This document shows positions 28,108 to 44,800 of a stretch of 64,000 nucleotides of DNA, one piece after another. Within the stretch, counting starts at the first letter, position 1. The number at the start of each line of letters is the position of its first letter. Source of the DNA: Eledone cirrhosa (taxonomy: Eukaryota). A program made the translations under genes and the position numbers. Location of the stretch: positions 58,218,001 through 58,282,000 of the forward strand of contig OZ024743.1 in NCBI GenBank assembly GCA_964016885.1, read 5' to 3'. Under the pieces are notes generated by a model, which saw nothing but the letters and a program-made list of their open reading frames with translations, was not told the DNA's origin and did not search any database.

Positions 28108-28157
<50 letters not shown>

Positions 28158-28181
28158 ATGTATATACATATATGTATGTTC

Positions 28182-28223
<42 letters not shown>

Positions 28224-28996
28224 ATATATATATATATAAGTTATATGAATCAAAGTTCTGTTCAAATCATTTATATGCTTACAATTGGTTCTTCCAAACC
28301 GAGGTTTGGAGTCTTCGGAGCAATTTATTAATGATTGATTACATACATGACCTCCTTTTCAACCCAAGAGACATACAGAAACATATGCATATATTGTTAC
28401 TCGGTGGGTTGACATCCATTATAACATTTAGCGTGGCAATATACATTTAAAGATTACAGTCATATCAAAAGAGGATAAAATTAAAATTAAAGTTAAATAC
28501 AACAATGGCAGTTCATGAAAATAATGCGATAGGATAGACAGAAGCAGTTAGTGTGTGCAATAGTTACACTTGTGGCAAGCACGTGTGTCTTATTTATGTA
28601 ATATTATAGTGCGGCAGGGTGTTATATGCAATACAAGCACTTCAAGCGGGCAATCAAGAGTATTAAGGGGGTTGTACTGGTAATGTATCTTTTATATGAA
28701 TGTTATAGAAGCTTGTGTGCAGAGAAATATTATAAATATAAAAGATATTAAAAATGTGTAGCAAATCGATGTTATGGTTTTCGTGTACAACACCATTCTC
28801 ACAGTCCGGGGAGCGTATTATCTAGATTATATGCCCTTCACATAATCTACGATGATTCAATATTGGATGTTTGATGATTCTGTTAGAATATCATAGTTTG
28901 TTGATCTTTAGTCCAATTTATATAGCAGGTTGTTTTAGTTGCGAGAATTAACATCGTATTATTTTCCGGAAAATAATACGATGTTAATTCTCGCAA

Positions 28997-29236
<240 letters not shown>

Positions 29237-29249
29237 TATATATATACAC

Positions 29250-29418
<169 letters not shown>

Positions 29419-29438
29419 CATATATTTATATATACATA

Positions 29439-29470
<32 letters not shown>

Positions 29471-29481
29471 CATATATATAT

Positions 29482-29560
<79 letters not shown>

Positions 29561-29562
<2 letters not shown>

Positions 29563-30415
29563 ATTATAAATGTAATCTATCGCGGTATTTTGATTAAAGA
29601 AATTATGGAACATTATTTAGCCTGATAGTGGGGTTAAGAACCCTCGGAGAAATGGAAAAAGATGAGTATTGAGGTACATGTGAGTCGAACCCACATCTTT
29701 GGTTATCCACACCACTATGCTACCATTACACTCATCTTTTTCTATTTCTCCGAGGGTTCTTAACACCACTATCAGGCTAAATAATTTTCCATAATTTCTT
29801 TAGTCAAAATACGGCGATAGCTTACATTTGTAATTTCAAACTCGCTCGCTGTTTCGAAAATATTCTTACTTGACATTTACAGTTGCTAAGATTATAGCTT
29901 ATAATTCGAATGGAAGAAGACGGGTGATGTGTTGGTGTAATGGTAGCACAGTGGTCTGGATAACCAAAGATGTGGGTTCGCCTCCCATGTACGTCAATAC
30001 TCATCATTTTCCATTTCTCCGAGGGTTCTTAACCCCACTATCAGGCTAAATAATTTTCCTTAATTTTTTTAGTCAAAATACGGTGATAGTTTACCTTTAT
30101 AATTCCTAACTCGCTCGCTGTTTCGAAAATATTCTTACTTAACATTTACAGTTGCTAAGATTATAGCTTCTAATTCGAAGGGAGAAAGACGGGTGATGTG
30201 TTGGTCTAATTGTAGCACAGTGTTCTGGATAACCAAAGATGTGGGTTCGACTCCTATGTACGTCAATGCTCATCTTTTTCCATTTCTCCGAGGATTCTTA
30301 ACCCCACTATAAGGCTAAATAATTTTCCATAATTTCTTTAGTCAAAATAAGGTGATTGCTTACATTTATAATTTTATAATTTCAAACTCGCTCAATGTTT
30401 CGAAAATATTCTTAC
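29561..30415 (+). repeat. ~270-bp tandem unit (~2.5 copies) with a tRNA-like segment, preceded by an inverted partial copy (29561-29730)
   Basis: CTCATC..TTTCTCCGAGGGTTCTTAACCCCACTATCAGG recurs at ~29731, 30000 and 30269. A-box TGGTGTAATGG, B-box GGTTCGACTCC. Confidence 0.8.
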
Positions 30416-30441
30416 TATATATATATATATATATATAAATT

Positions 30442-30549
<108 letters not shown>

Positions 30550-30593
30550 TATATACTTATATACATATACATTTATATATATATATATATACA

Positions 30594-30646
<53 letters not shown>

Positions 30647-30649
<3 letters not shown>

Positions 30650-30925
30650 GTTACACAACACTTAGTTCACCATACTAGTTCCCTTACATCTCTCGCACGC
30701 ATTTTAGTATTGCCTGTGTGAGGTGATCGTTTCTGCGCATGCGCGTTCGTACGGTTGTCCTTCCTGTTCCGTATAACCATGTCCATTACGAGCTGAGGAT
30801 TCGCTATGGTGAAACAATTGTTCTCGGTATGGTGAACTAACTGTTGTGTAACCACTTCTCCCTAACTCGTGTCATAGACTGAGTGCTCTACCACTACGGA
30901 TATTACCTTCCAATGTTCTACCACT
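30647..30925 (+). mobile_element. Small element with 29-bp inverted repeats and a minimal HHR at 30783-30832
   Basis: GTGGTTACACAACA..TAGTTCACCATAC / GTATGGTGAACTAACTGTTGTGTAACCAC. HHR: CGAG-CTGAGGA-..-GAAAC AATT GTT-CTCG. Confidence 0.6.
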
Positions 30926-31025
<100 letters not shown>

Positions 31026-31030
31026 CATAC

Positions 31031-31080
<50 letters not shown>

Positions 31081-31184
31081 ATATATATATACATATATGC
31101 AAAAGTTTTATTTAAAATGTTGGGTTACAACGAGTAAATATTTTATAACTGATATAAAAGCACTCAACAGGTTTTGGAGTATTT

Positions 31185-31548
31185 TACGATATTAAACAAA
31201 TGAAAGTTACATTTATAAAACCATATTTATTTCATTATATATATTTCAGGGATATCATATTAAAATATGGTATGCCCTCTTCAGACAAAATACAATATAT
31301 AGACAGTTTTATAAATAAATTTGACATACCTTAGAGTTTACAACTTCCATTAAAAAGTTGTTACTACCGTAACAACTTTTTAATGGAAGTTGTAAACTCT
31401 AAGGTATGTCAAATTTATTTATAAAACTGTCTATATATTGTATTTTGTCTGAAGAGGGCATACCATATTTTAATATGATATCCCTGAAATATATATAATG
31501 AAATAAATATGGTTTTATAAATGTAACTTCCATTTGTTTAATATCGTA
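31185..31548. repeat. Near-perfect palindrome (~180-bp arms) with an HHR on each strand (+: 31441-31505)
   Basis: Centre GTTAC-TACC-GTAAC. HHR: TATTTTGT-CTGAAGA-GGGCATACCATATT TT AATATGATATCCCT-GAAAT-ATAT-ATA-ATGAAATA. Confidence 0.85.
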
Positions 31549-31585
31549 TATACATATATATATACATACATATATATATATATAC

Positions 31586-31618
<33 letters not shown>

Positions 31619-31628
31619 CATATATATA

Positions 31629-31972
31629 TAATATATAAGAACAAAAGATGGTTAAAAGAGTTCCATGTATTTTATTATGCGCATTTCAAAAACAAATATC
31701 ATCATGCAATAATATTTGTGTTTTCATCAGATAAAACATGAAGACATGATATGAAGGTTAAAAAACACTTGTGGATAGTTCAGTTTTAAATCAACATATT
31801 GATATGTTGATTTAAAACTGAACTATCCACAAGTGTTTTTTAACCTTCATATCATGTCTTCATGTTTTATCTGATGAAAACACAAATATTATTGCATGAT
31901 GATATTTGTTTTTGAAATGCGCATAATAAAATACATGGAACTCTTTTAACCATCTTTTGTTCTTATATATTA
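31629..31972. repeat. Perfect palindrome (~170-bp arms) with an HHR on each strand (+: 31863-31933)
   Basis: Centre CAACATAT-TG-ATATGTTG. HHR: TGTTTTAT-CTGATGA-long stem II-GAAAT-GCGC-ATA-ATAAAATA. Confidence 0.85.
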
Positions 31973-32068
31973 TGTATACTCCAGTCCTACAAATTGTAGA
32001 GTGCTTATTATCCGATATCTGCATTGCTTTAGTGTACTACAATAAAACTCACCTCCTACATATACATA

Positions 32069-32100
<32 letters not shown>

Positions 32101-32114
32101 CATATATATATGCA

Positions 32115-32146
<32 letters not shown>

Positions 32147-32157
32147 CATATATATAT

Positions 32158-32196
<39 letters not shown>

Positions 32197-32334
32197 CATA
32201 TATATATATTCAGTTATTAGGAGTATTCCAAAGCTTGGTAGAACAAGTTGTGAGGAAAGTTCTCAACATACGTTAAGGTGACTCGACAGGTTGGTAGGGA
32301 TTCTGTAGTGGAAATACGAACAAACGAGGAGTGT

Positions 32335-34665
<2,331 letters not shown>

Positions 34666-34732
34666 CATATATATATATATTTATACATATATACATATAT
34701 ATACATATATATATATATATATACATACATAC

Positions 34733-34785
<53 letters not shown>

Positions 34786-36909
34786 CATATATATATATAA
34801 ATATATACATACATACATATATATATATAAATATATACATACATATATATATATACATAAATATATATATTTATACATACATATATATATATACATACAT
34901 ATATATATATACAATATATATATATATACACACACATACACACACACACACATATTTGTGTGTGTGTGATTGTGTATTTATACTCACGTAAGCACACATA
35001 CTTGTATATACGTATATAATCACAGAGGTAGCCCCTGTAGGCCTCAAAATATTGACACCAAATGATTTGTTGCAAAGAAAACCGCCTCAATATTATTTAT
35101 TGGATCGTGTTTCAAAAGTTTGCAGGGAATTTGAATTAAATTAAACTGGCTGCTATGTAAAACATTAGGCAAGATGATAGAAAATGTAGGTTTCAGATTT
35201 ATTGAACAAAAAATACCCATCACAAAGAAGTGAGAAACTGATATATCTTTGCCTTCTTCCGTCTACAATCAAAGTCTTCCGAAATATAGGTAAGCAAATT
35301 TATCTTTAATGGAATCTAGAAATTTGACACTTCTCGTCTGGAGCGCTCTGAAGACTGTTGTATTTTTCATCAACAGCCTTTAATATCAAACGATATTGTG
35401 GTACGTCCCATAATTCGTTCTCAACCTGCCCAGTAATATTTTGTTCTGCTTTAATGTTATCAGCACTTCCATTAGGCTCTCGTCATTCCGTTAAACATCT
35501 ATATAGTTCTAGGAAACTGCAAGTACACAGGCGCCTTTCTGCAGAAAACGTCCAGCTACCTACTTGTTTATATACTGCGTCAATTTTCTTTTGCTGCTAC
35601 ATTCTTTTCCAATTCTCTCTCCAATACGTTTCTATTTTCTGTTAAAACCATCTCCTATTCTTTAACTACAGAACTACAGATCTCGGCCCCGTACTGGCTC
35701 TGGGCTGGACGGTATATCGACTCGTTTGTTTTCTCGTTGCCCAAATCTGTTGGCTCTTGGTGTGTATAGTGCCATAGATAAAGGGATTTGTGTGTTTATA
35801 TTTTTGCTCTGGTAATAGTTTGTACTCTGACTGCTGGCAGTGACAGCAGTAGAATCAGTTATGGTCTTTGTGTTACTGCATTTAGTTTTGTCTGTCACTA
35901 AACTTTTTGTTACTTTTGCCATCTTCTTCCGGGCAGAATAATCTTAGACACTCATATATAGCTAGCTGGTCTTCTTTTCTGCACCACCAGTTTGGCTGAC
36001 GTCCTCCCATAGTATGGTATGTAGTTTTCAAGTGTCATTAAAACCTAAAGTCAATGCAATCTTCACATGAATCTATATTGTTGCAGGTTCTGCAATAAGC
36101 ACCTGCCCATACAATGCCACTAACATTTGACAACAAAGTAAATGTCTTCGTCTGCGATAATACTTCAGACTCTGACACTCATGTATCTCTCTTGACCATA
36201 TATTGCGACATCAATCAAAGGCTGGAGTGTTACCTGCCTGATTTCGTAGTCCATCTTCAATTTAAAAACATCAGTTACATGCTTCCATAAGCCCGGTCTG
36301 AATTAATGAATTGAAGCTCCTGCCAAATATCTACCAGGACTCTTTATAACTCTTAGTTCCAGAAAACGAAAATATTTCTCATATTTAGCAACACAAAAAC
36401 ATTTCACTTTTCTCCTTTCCATTTCTTGCACGGCTAGAGAGACCCCCCCCTCTCTCTCTCTCTCTCTCTCTCAACACACCTCGTCCATATATTTTCTTTT
36501 TTGCGGGACCAGCTTATATCCACTACTTCACTATAGACTGCTACGTTAAGAAAACACTCTTTTGTAGTTATTCTTGTTAATATTGATGCCTGTTATTGTT
36601 TTACTGTTTTCATCTATTAAATAATTATATTCACAACAATTTTCTGTGTTTTTCAACTAAATATACGTGACTGGTTCTCTGTTTGTTTAATTGCGCAATT
36701 TGCCCGTTTTGTTTTAAGAGTATTTCATGTTTTCGATTTAGAAACTAATAAAATGGAGAATATGCTTGATTTTTATTACTGCCACCATGTGATGATTACA
36801 AAAACCATTGTGACAATATAACATTCTGCAGGCACTCATGTGGCGCTCCTTTGAAACACAAACAAGCATGCAAACTGTCGCTTCACTCCGGACTTTGCTG
36901 AAGCGTTAA

Positions 36910-38146
36910 TACAAGGTTGCTCAGTTATTTGGGGACACGTATTTAAATAGCTCTAACTTTTTTCTGACTTGTTCTGATTATCAATGCTTTTCAGATAAAT
37001 GATGACAGACATCAAGCTAACTCGGCAAATAAAAAGGTACTCTGAAACCTTTGCCATAAAAGCAGAATATAGTGATTTAGAGGTTGCTTGCTTCCTGAAA
37101 GTTACACGGCTGTTTGTTGTCAAAGTTCGCAAAGAACTGGAAGACGCTGATGGGGATTCTAGGGCAGTAACCAAACGAAAAAAGCCTGCTATTGGTCCTA
37201 ATATAACAAATTTGAACGATATTTACAGAACATTATCGATATAATAACCCCAAAAGTCAATTAGTACCATTACTAAACAGCTCAACGTTTTAAGGCACAC
37301 TATCGGAAGAATCGTGAATGAAGTCTTTCGATATAAGTAATTATGTGATACAGAGTGGCCTGTTCCCTTCTGCAAAGACAAAAGATAACCGTCTGATCTA
37401 CAACAAGAGCTTGTTGAGCATAATGAAGCATCAAGAGCCTATAGTGCTTTGGTTTTCTCTGAAGAAAAAAGATTTTGGTCCGGATCAAAACAGCAACCGA
37501 AAGAATAACAGATGGTTATGTAAAAAACCTAAAGATATTCCAAGGGTTATACACAAAAAGCTTCCGGCAAATGTGATGATTCCGGAGGTCATGAACAACG
37601 ACGGTAATGTCATGCCTCCTCACTTCATTCTCCAGAATTTAAATGTCAATGTTGCTGACTATAACGAGGTGCTGAAGAGGGTTGGATGCTTTGGATGGAG
37701 AGCGTCAGCAACAGAAAACAGTACATAACCGATAAGCTCTGTGATGTCACATAAGGCTAAGATAACCCAAGAATGGATGCGTTAGCACATCACTCCAAAC
37801 ATATGGCCTCATAGCTATCCAAACCTGAATCCGTTGGACTACTACGTATGGGGCTTAGTCGGGAGGGAAGCCAATCAACAACCCAATAACGTTATAAAAT
37901 GTCTCACGTCCTCTATAACAAGCACAATGTCCAAGGTAGATAAAGATCATCTGATTCGGGCATGTCAACATTTAAGACCTCATTAAAACAATCATCGATG
38001 CTAACGGAAAATTCATTAAATAGATACCTCAAGAAACGTTTTATGATTATTCATGACAATGTTTTCTCAAATAAATCTCTTCCTTCATGACTTACGTGTT
38101 TTTTACTAAATTCATGCAACTGCCTCCACAGAACAGCAACACTGTA
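36910..38146 (+). mobile_element. Degenerate Tc1/mariner DNA transposon
   Basis: Fragments NRKNNRW, PANVM, MPPHF and WPHSYPNLNPLDYYVWG. Degenerate ends TAcaaggttgct...agcaacactgTA. Confidence 0.75.
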
Positions 38147-38514
38147 GATCCGGTCACCTTTTGCTAAATGTGCCATTGTGAAATGGAAAAAATAATTATT
38201 TTTCTTATTATGTAATACGGGTAAATTTATTTTCTTAGAGGATCTTCTAGAGACACCTCTTCATACCAGCTTTCAAGTACATAATAATAATAATGTTTCT
38301 ACTTTTGTCACAAGGCCAGCCATTACCCCAGTGTATTACTGGTGCTATATTTTATCGACCTTCTAAGGATGAAAGTCAAAGTTAAACTCGGCACGATTTG
38401 AACTAAAAACGTAAAGGGCCATAACTCTATGCTGCAAAGTATCGTGTCCGACACTCTACCGATAATTGTTTCTACTTTCTTAATAGTTGTTTCGACACTC
38501 TACCGATAATGCCA

Positions 38515-39940
38515 ATACAAAACAAAAATAGATATAATGGTGTTGCAAAACTGTAGAAAAAGAATGACAAATTTATGTGTGGCGTAGATTGATTACAGGA
38601 AGGTTTATGATATGATCCCCCACTCGTGGCTTTTGGAATGTCTAGATTTAGTGAAAGTGGCAGAAAATACTAAGGCATTGTTAAAGAACTCAATGATACA
38701 CTGGAGAGTCGAACTGACATCAAAATGAGATGTTTTAGGAGAAGTTAAAATAAAGAGAGGAATTTTTCAAGGAGACAGCTTATCACCGTTATTAATTGTG
38801 GTGGCAATGTTATCTCTGTATTTAGGAAAATAAAATGCAGTTATTCACTACAAAGAGGAAAAATCCCCTTGAATCATCTATTTTTCGTGGATGACCTCAA
38901 ATTATATGAGAAAAACATGAATGAGATAGATTCATTGATCCAGGCAGTAAGATTGTTTAACGAGGACATTGGAAGGTAATTTGAGATAGGTAATTGTACA
39001 ATAGTTAAAATTGTAAGAGGATAAAGATCAGTTCAGAAGGTATTCAATCACCTAACAATGAAGAAATTATTCGGTCATTGGAATCGGAGAGGGCTACAAA
39101 TATCTCGGAATACTCCAGACTGATAAGGTACTTAGCAAAGAGATGAAAAGAAAAATCATACAGGAGTATTTCAGCTGTGTCAAGGGCAACCTGGGATAGC
39201 ACCTTAATGCTTGAAACATAATAACGGCAATGAACACCAGAGCTGGCTTTATAATAAGAAATGGTGCAGGAATTATAGACGGGACGGTCGACGAACTCAA
39301 AAATATAGATCGAAAAACAAGAAAGATGTTGAATATATATCGAGGCTTACACCCCCAGGCTGGTGTTGACCGACTCTATGCGAAAAGAGCAGAAGATGGA
39401 AAAGGTCTTATCAGTGGTGAGAAGATAGTTTCAGCGGAGATAGGGAGCTTAAGCGAGTATCTAGAAAAGTAATAAAGAAAAATTGTTAAAGGACGTCATA
39501 AAAGAAGGAATCTATGATGGAAAGGGAGACACACAAAAAAGGAAAGTCGAAATAGATACAGAACGGAAAGCTAGATTTGAAGCGAAACCATTACTCTCAG
39601 CTTAGAAAGTAAACACAAGGGCTGTCAGAAATGATAATTGTTTCTACTTTTGGAACAAGGGCAGCAATTATCCCAGTGTATAACTGGTACTTTTGAAAAG
39701 TTGACACATAATTTGATTATGGCATCTTAGGACCAGGCAATAAAAAAATAAAATGGATCAAAGCTGATGTGCACAATGTGATCACATCACCACACTGTAG
39801 GATTTGTGGGTGGTACATGAGAAAATTAACCTTATTGCATCAGAATTCTCACAATTGACTCAAAATGAATAGAAAACCATTTTGTAACAAAAGAGATGAA
39901 AGTGCTGGGAAATTATAAAGTCAAAATTCCGTGGGATAGA
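38515..39940 (+). mobile_element. Decayed non-LTR retrotransposon, R4/Dong-like RT fragment, with short SINE pieces nearby
   Basis: IDYRKVYDMIPHSW, RGIFQGDSLSP, HLFFVDDLKLY, YKYLG, DRKTRK..LHP..VDRLY..GKGL, CRICG; many stops and frameshifts. Confidence 0.8.
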
Positions 39941-40213
39941 AGAAGAAGAAGAAGAAGAAGAAGAAGAAGAAGAAGAAGAAGAAGAAGAAGAAGAAGAATT
40001 TTGCTAACTAGAAGGTAGAATGTAGAAGGCAAAGACACACTCGCCTCGAAAGTTATAACTTTGTGTGTTTGGCTATAACTTTCCTTTGGCTTCGCTAGGC
40101 ATATCCCCGCACGCCTCGGCGTTCTATATTTGTCTATCTATAACATACATATATGTAGATGCGGACACATATACATGCATATAAATATATATACATATAT
40201 ACATATATATATA

Positions 40214-40275
<62 letters not shown>

Positions 40276-40377
40276 TGTATATATAGTGTATTTTGCAATA
40301 CACTGCATGCTTAATTAAAAGCATTTCGAAGATCTTACGCTATTGTTTTAGAGTAGTGAAATGCTTTTAATTAGGCC

Positions 40378-41502
40378 CGATTGTCTGAGTGCTGTGAGCG
40401 CTTGAAGAGATTCCTGTCTCCAAGTGCTCCCTCTCAGTCTTCGGTAGACTCAAGACTGCAGCTCAGTTAAGGAGACAAACTAGGGAAAAGCTAGTCTAGC
40501 GAAAAGGGAGCACACCTGTTCACCATCAAGGAAATGTTGGAGATGTCATAGGCTCAGCGCATATTTGCGCATCATCAGCCAAGGTATACCCAATCCTCTC
40601 CATAACGAATGTTGACAGCAGATGGACCACTTGACCAATGGAACCTGACTTTCCCATAAAAAGCGAAAGAGTAGACGTTCCAGTGTAGTCAGACGTGGGC
40701 TAATGCAAGGCACGACGACCAGGAGGTAGCAGATGGCGGGCGCGATGTATGCGTTGAAAACCTCTGACCAACATTTCAAGAATAGTTTCCTCTTTACCCT
40801 TTTCTGGGTGAGAGAGGCCACCTTACATGTTACCTCGTCCCAGGTTTTGCCCATCTGGAAGTCTGGTCCAAACCAGACCACGTGCAATTTAACCGGTCCG
40901 TCCGTTCATCACAAGACGACGCTGTTAGATGGCATGGACATACCTCTCCATGTGCCGAGCTGCAGGCCCACCGACTTTTCCTCGTTAAATATTGTTCCTG
41001 CTACCGCTTCGTACTATCTGAGAGTAGTGCAGATCATCACAAAGGTGTTTGACACGATTACGTTGGCGTCGTCGGTATATGGTGACGGACCTCCACATCA
41101 TAGTTCGCGCGGGATGCTCCTCAAAGTCTCTAATTTGTGTAGTAATAGCTCATACAAAAGGGACGAGGTGGGGGTGGGGCAACCTTGCTGAACTGAGTGC
41201 ATTATGTTGAATGGTTCCGAAAGGTGACCGTTAACTCTAATCAGAGAGCAGATGTCGCTGTGAATAGCAGCGATCCAGACCTTGAAAATAAGTCCGAAGC
41301 CGGCTGCTTTTAAGGACATCCACGAGGTAGCAATTGTGGACCCAATCGAAAGCCGTTGATTGATCTAAATAAGAGCCCCACCCGTGCTAGATTTCTTAGC
41401 CCCTATATGATATATCACATGAGGTGAAGGTTGTCGTGGATGGATCTGTCCGTAATTGAACATGTTTGTTCCTCCCCTACTAGACCACTAATGACAAGCA
41501 TC
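40378..41502 (-). mobile_element. L1/Tx1-type LINE RT fragment, same family as the 52-59 kb copies
   Basis: AAGFG..W..I.S..RVNGHLS..QGCP and LERLLFRFLW, shared with 55650-56650. Confidence 0.8.
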
Positions 41503-41738
41503 GGTTATTCGACTTATGACTTAATTAGATAAATGATATATGTTATCTGTTGCTCTTAAATGATTTGTATTGGTATTTTATAAATCGTTTGGGATTTTAA
41601 TTAAACTCTCATGATTCCTATAGTTTAATCTAACTAATAGCACATTGTTAAATAAAATAACTTGCTGTCGGTGGTATATACCTATGGTAAGAAACAATTG
41701 TCAGTGATTAAATGTCTTGAACTTTTAATTATGGTTTA

Positions 41739-43449
41739 CTAGCAGTGGTACCCACTGTTGCACGCAATAAGGTATTTTGGAACGCGAGCAGCCAACAGAC
41801 CTAATCGTGTAAAAACTTCATGCCTGGACAATATGTAAAGAAAATAAACCGAATACTCTGATCGCTGGATAATCGTTAAGATTTTCCTCGATGAAGCAAG
41901 AAAAATGCATGTTTTCACATAATGCAGGCCCTAGGGGATCAAGAAAATGAATTTTTTAATGTGTATAACATGCCTTGAAATTTCGGGAAAATCTGCTAGA
42001 CGTAACGCCTCAAAAAAGCCCTAAAAAGCTAAAATAATGAAGTTTTTCACCTAATGCGGGCCCTAGGCCATAAAAAAGTTGAATTTTCTTTGCTCACGAT
42101 ATAAAGAAGAGAATGACTAATACATAGTTACGATTTCAAGGAAATCAGTCTGACGTAATGTCTTAAAAAAACCCCAAAAAACTGAAAAAACGCAGCTTTT
42201 CACCTAATGCGGGCCCTAGGGGATCAAAAAGTTGAATTTTGTATGTGCATAACACTACCTGAAACATATGTAATACACATGTAAAGTTTGAAAAAGGTCG
42301 GTTGGGTACTTCTCGAGTTTTAGGGATTCAAACTCACACGCGCACACACACACACATCTTCAGGGAAGTGAGACATACAGACAGATATCAAGACAATCAG
42401 ACATAGACAGATATTATAAGGGCGCGACGTTATATGTATATATCTATCTAAAAAGAGAAAGACAAAGAATTATAGAGAGAGATCGCTAAATCGCCTAATG
42501 CGGTCCCTAGGGCATTGAAAATTTGAAATCCTTTTTGCTCAGAACACTCCCTGAAACATAAGTATTACATGTGTAAATTTGAAAACAGTCGGTTGGGTGT
42601 TCCTCGAGTTTTAGGGATTCAAACTCACACACACACACACACAGACAGACAACCTCAGTTTTATATATATAGACTAATAGAAAACCACCCGGTGGGCGGT
42701 TTTCTGCTAGCAATTCTAGTGTATATACTGATATTGTTGAGATTTGGATGAGAAATGTTTTCGGCACCACATGTTCACCGTCTCTCGGTGTGTCTTTTAT
42801 GCATGTATAAATATATATGTTATCTATACGGTGAAATCTTTGAAATAAATATATGTTAAAACGAAAAAGGAGAAAAGAGATTAGTGACGGAAATATAAAC
42901 GTTATGATACATAAACGTTATGATATAACGATAGAAATATATAAACGTTTACGATAAAACGATGGAAATAGAAACGTTTATATATAATGATAAGCCGAAA
43001 CACTTGTAAGCCGAAACACTCGTAAGTCGAAACACTCGTAAAGCGAAACGTATAAATAAAGATTAATGTAATGAATTTGAAAAGCATAGAGATTTGAAAC
43101 CGCGTCTATTTGTTTCCTTGGCATTTTTTACAGACGGACAGACAGACAAACAAATAGAGAAATGCCCATTATATATTATAAGTAGACTTGGCATGGTGTC
43201 AAGTCAGAACCGCCTCGAACTGGTTACTTCTGGCTTGTGCAAGGTGTCTCTATAGCGACCAGCGACTCCCTCGGCCTCAGTGACCAAAGTCAGTGGAGAG
43301 GGGAAGGTAATGTTTCTATAGCGACAGTGTTTCTCTTGGTAGTACCAAAGTGGAGAAAGGAAGGGGAAGGTAATATTTCTGTAGCACCTACATTTGAGTT
43401 TTAGGGAAGGACAGACAGTCAGACAGACAAACAGAGAAATGCCCATATA

Positions 43450-43520
<71 letters not shown>

Positions 43521-44800
43521 CACACACAGAAATATATATGTATTTCTGTGTGTGTATATATATATATATATATTACACACACAGAAATGTATATATATTT
43601 CTGTGTGTATATATATATATATTACACACACAGAAATGTATATATATTTCTGTATGTATATATATATATTTCTGTGTGTGTATATATATATATATATATA
43701 TTACACACACAGAAATGTATATATATTTCTTAGAACAAAATTATTATTAATGTTTTACTGTTCATAACAATTGGAATTGAAAAATTACTTTTGAAATTAT
43801 TAGTTATTTTACTAATGCTTAGATATGTAAAAATGAAGCAATGTTTCTAATAATTGTTTCTACTTTTGGCACAAGGCCAGCAATTCTCCAGTACATTACT
43901 GGTACTTTATTTTATCGACCCCGTGAGGATGAAAGGCAAAGTTACCTCGGCGGTATTTGAACTCAGACCGTAAAGGGACGTAACTCCATGCTATGAAGCA
44001 TGGTGTCCGACTCTCTACAGATTCTGCCAATCCACCGCCCTAATGTCTGTACGTAATGAGTGAGTGAGAGGGGAGAGAAAGAAAGGCAGATGTGATGTGA
44101 CGAAGTGATTCTCTCCTCCTCCTCCGTCTCCCCATTCGTCACAGCGATAGAGGGGAGGAATGTTAGTGTGTTACAAAGAGAAAGAGTGAGAGTGAGAGAA
44201 ACAGACAGACTAAAAGAGAGGGATAGCTGGGGAGAGAGAGAGAGATAGCAACAGATACAGTACAGTAGCTAAGGGATGTATATATATTTCTGTGTGTATA
44301 TATATATACATTTCTGTGTGTGTAATATATATATATATACACACAGAAATATATATACATTTCTGTGTGTGTATATATATATATATTACACACACAGAAA
44401 TGTATATACATTTCTGTGTGTGTGTGTATATATATATATATATTACACACACAGAAATGTATATATATTTCTGTGTGTATATATATATATATTTCTGTGT
44501 GTGTATATATATATATATTACACACACACAGAAATGTATATATATTTCTGTGTGTATATATATATATTTCTGTGTGTGTATATATATATATATATTACAC
44601 ACACACAGAAATGTATATATGTTTCTGTAGCACTCCTCAATTCCCCCCCTCCCTCCCGCTATCCCCCTCTTGTAGTCTGTCTCTTTCTTTCACTCTCACT
44701 CTCTCTCTACGCGTCGCGTGCGCAAAAAACATTCGCACGCGCGCACGTGTCTCCACTGTCGGACAGACAGAGAAATTGCTGGTTATGTATTATAAGGAGA
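41739..44800 (-). mobile_element. Composite non-autonomous Helitron (family B 42674-44800 + family A 41739-42673) containing a SINE and minisatellites; copy 1
   Basis: Minus strand A|TCTCCTTATA...CTAG|T termini; colinear with 60888-63146. Confidence 0.75.

Noticed and set aside
29920-29995. tRNA gene
   Set aside because: A/B boxes are present but the cloverleaf is poor, and the sequence is part of a tandem repeat unit.
43440-44620. CRISPR-like regularly spaced repeats (ATTACACACACAGAAATGT)
   Set aside because: Minisatellite with (TA)n spacers in a eukaryotic Helitron; no unique spacers and no cas genes.
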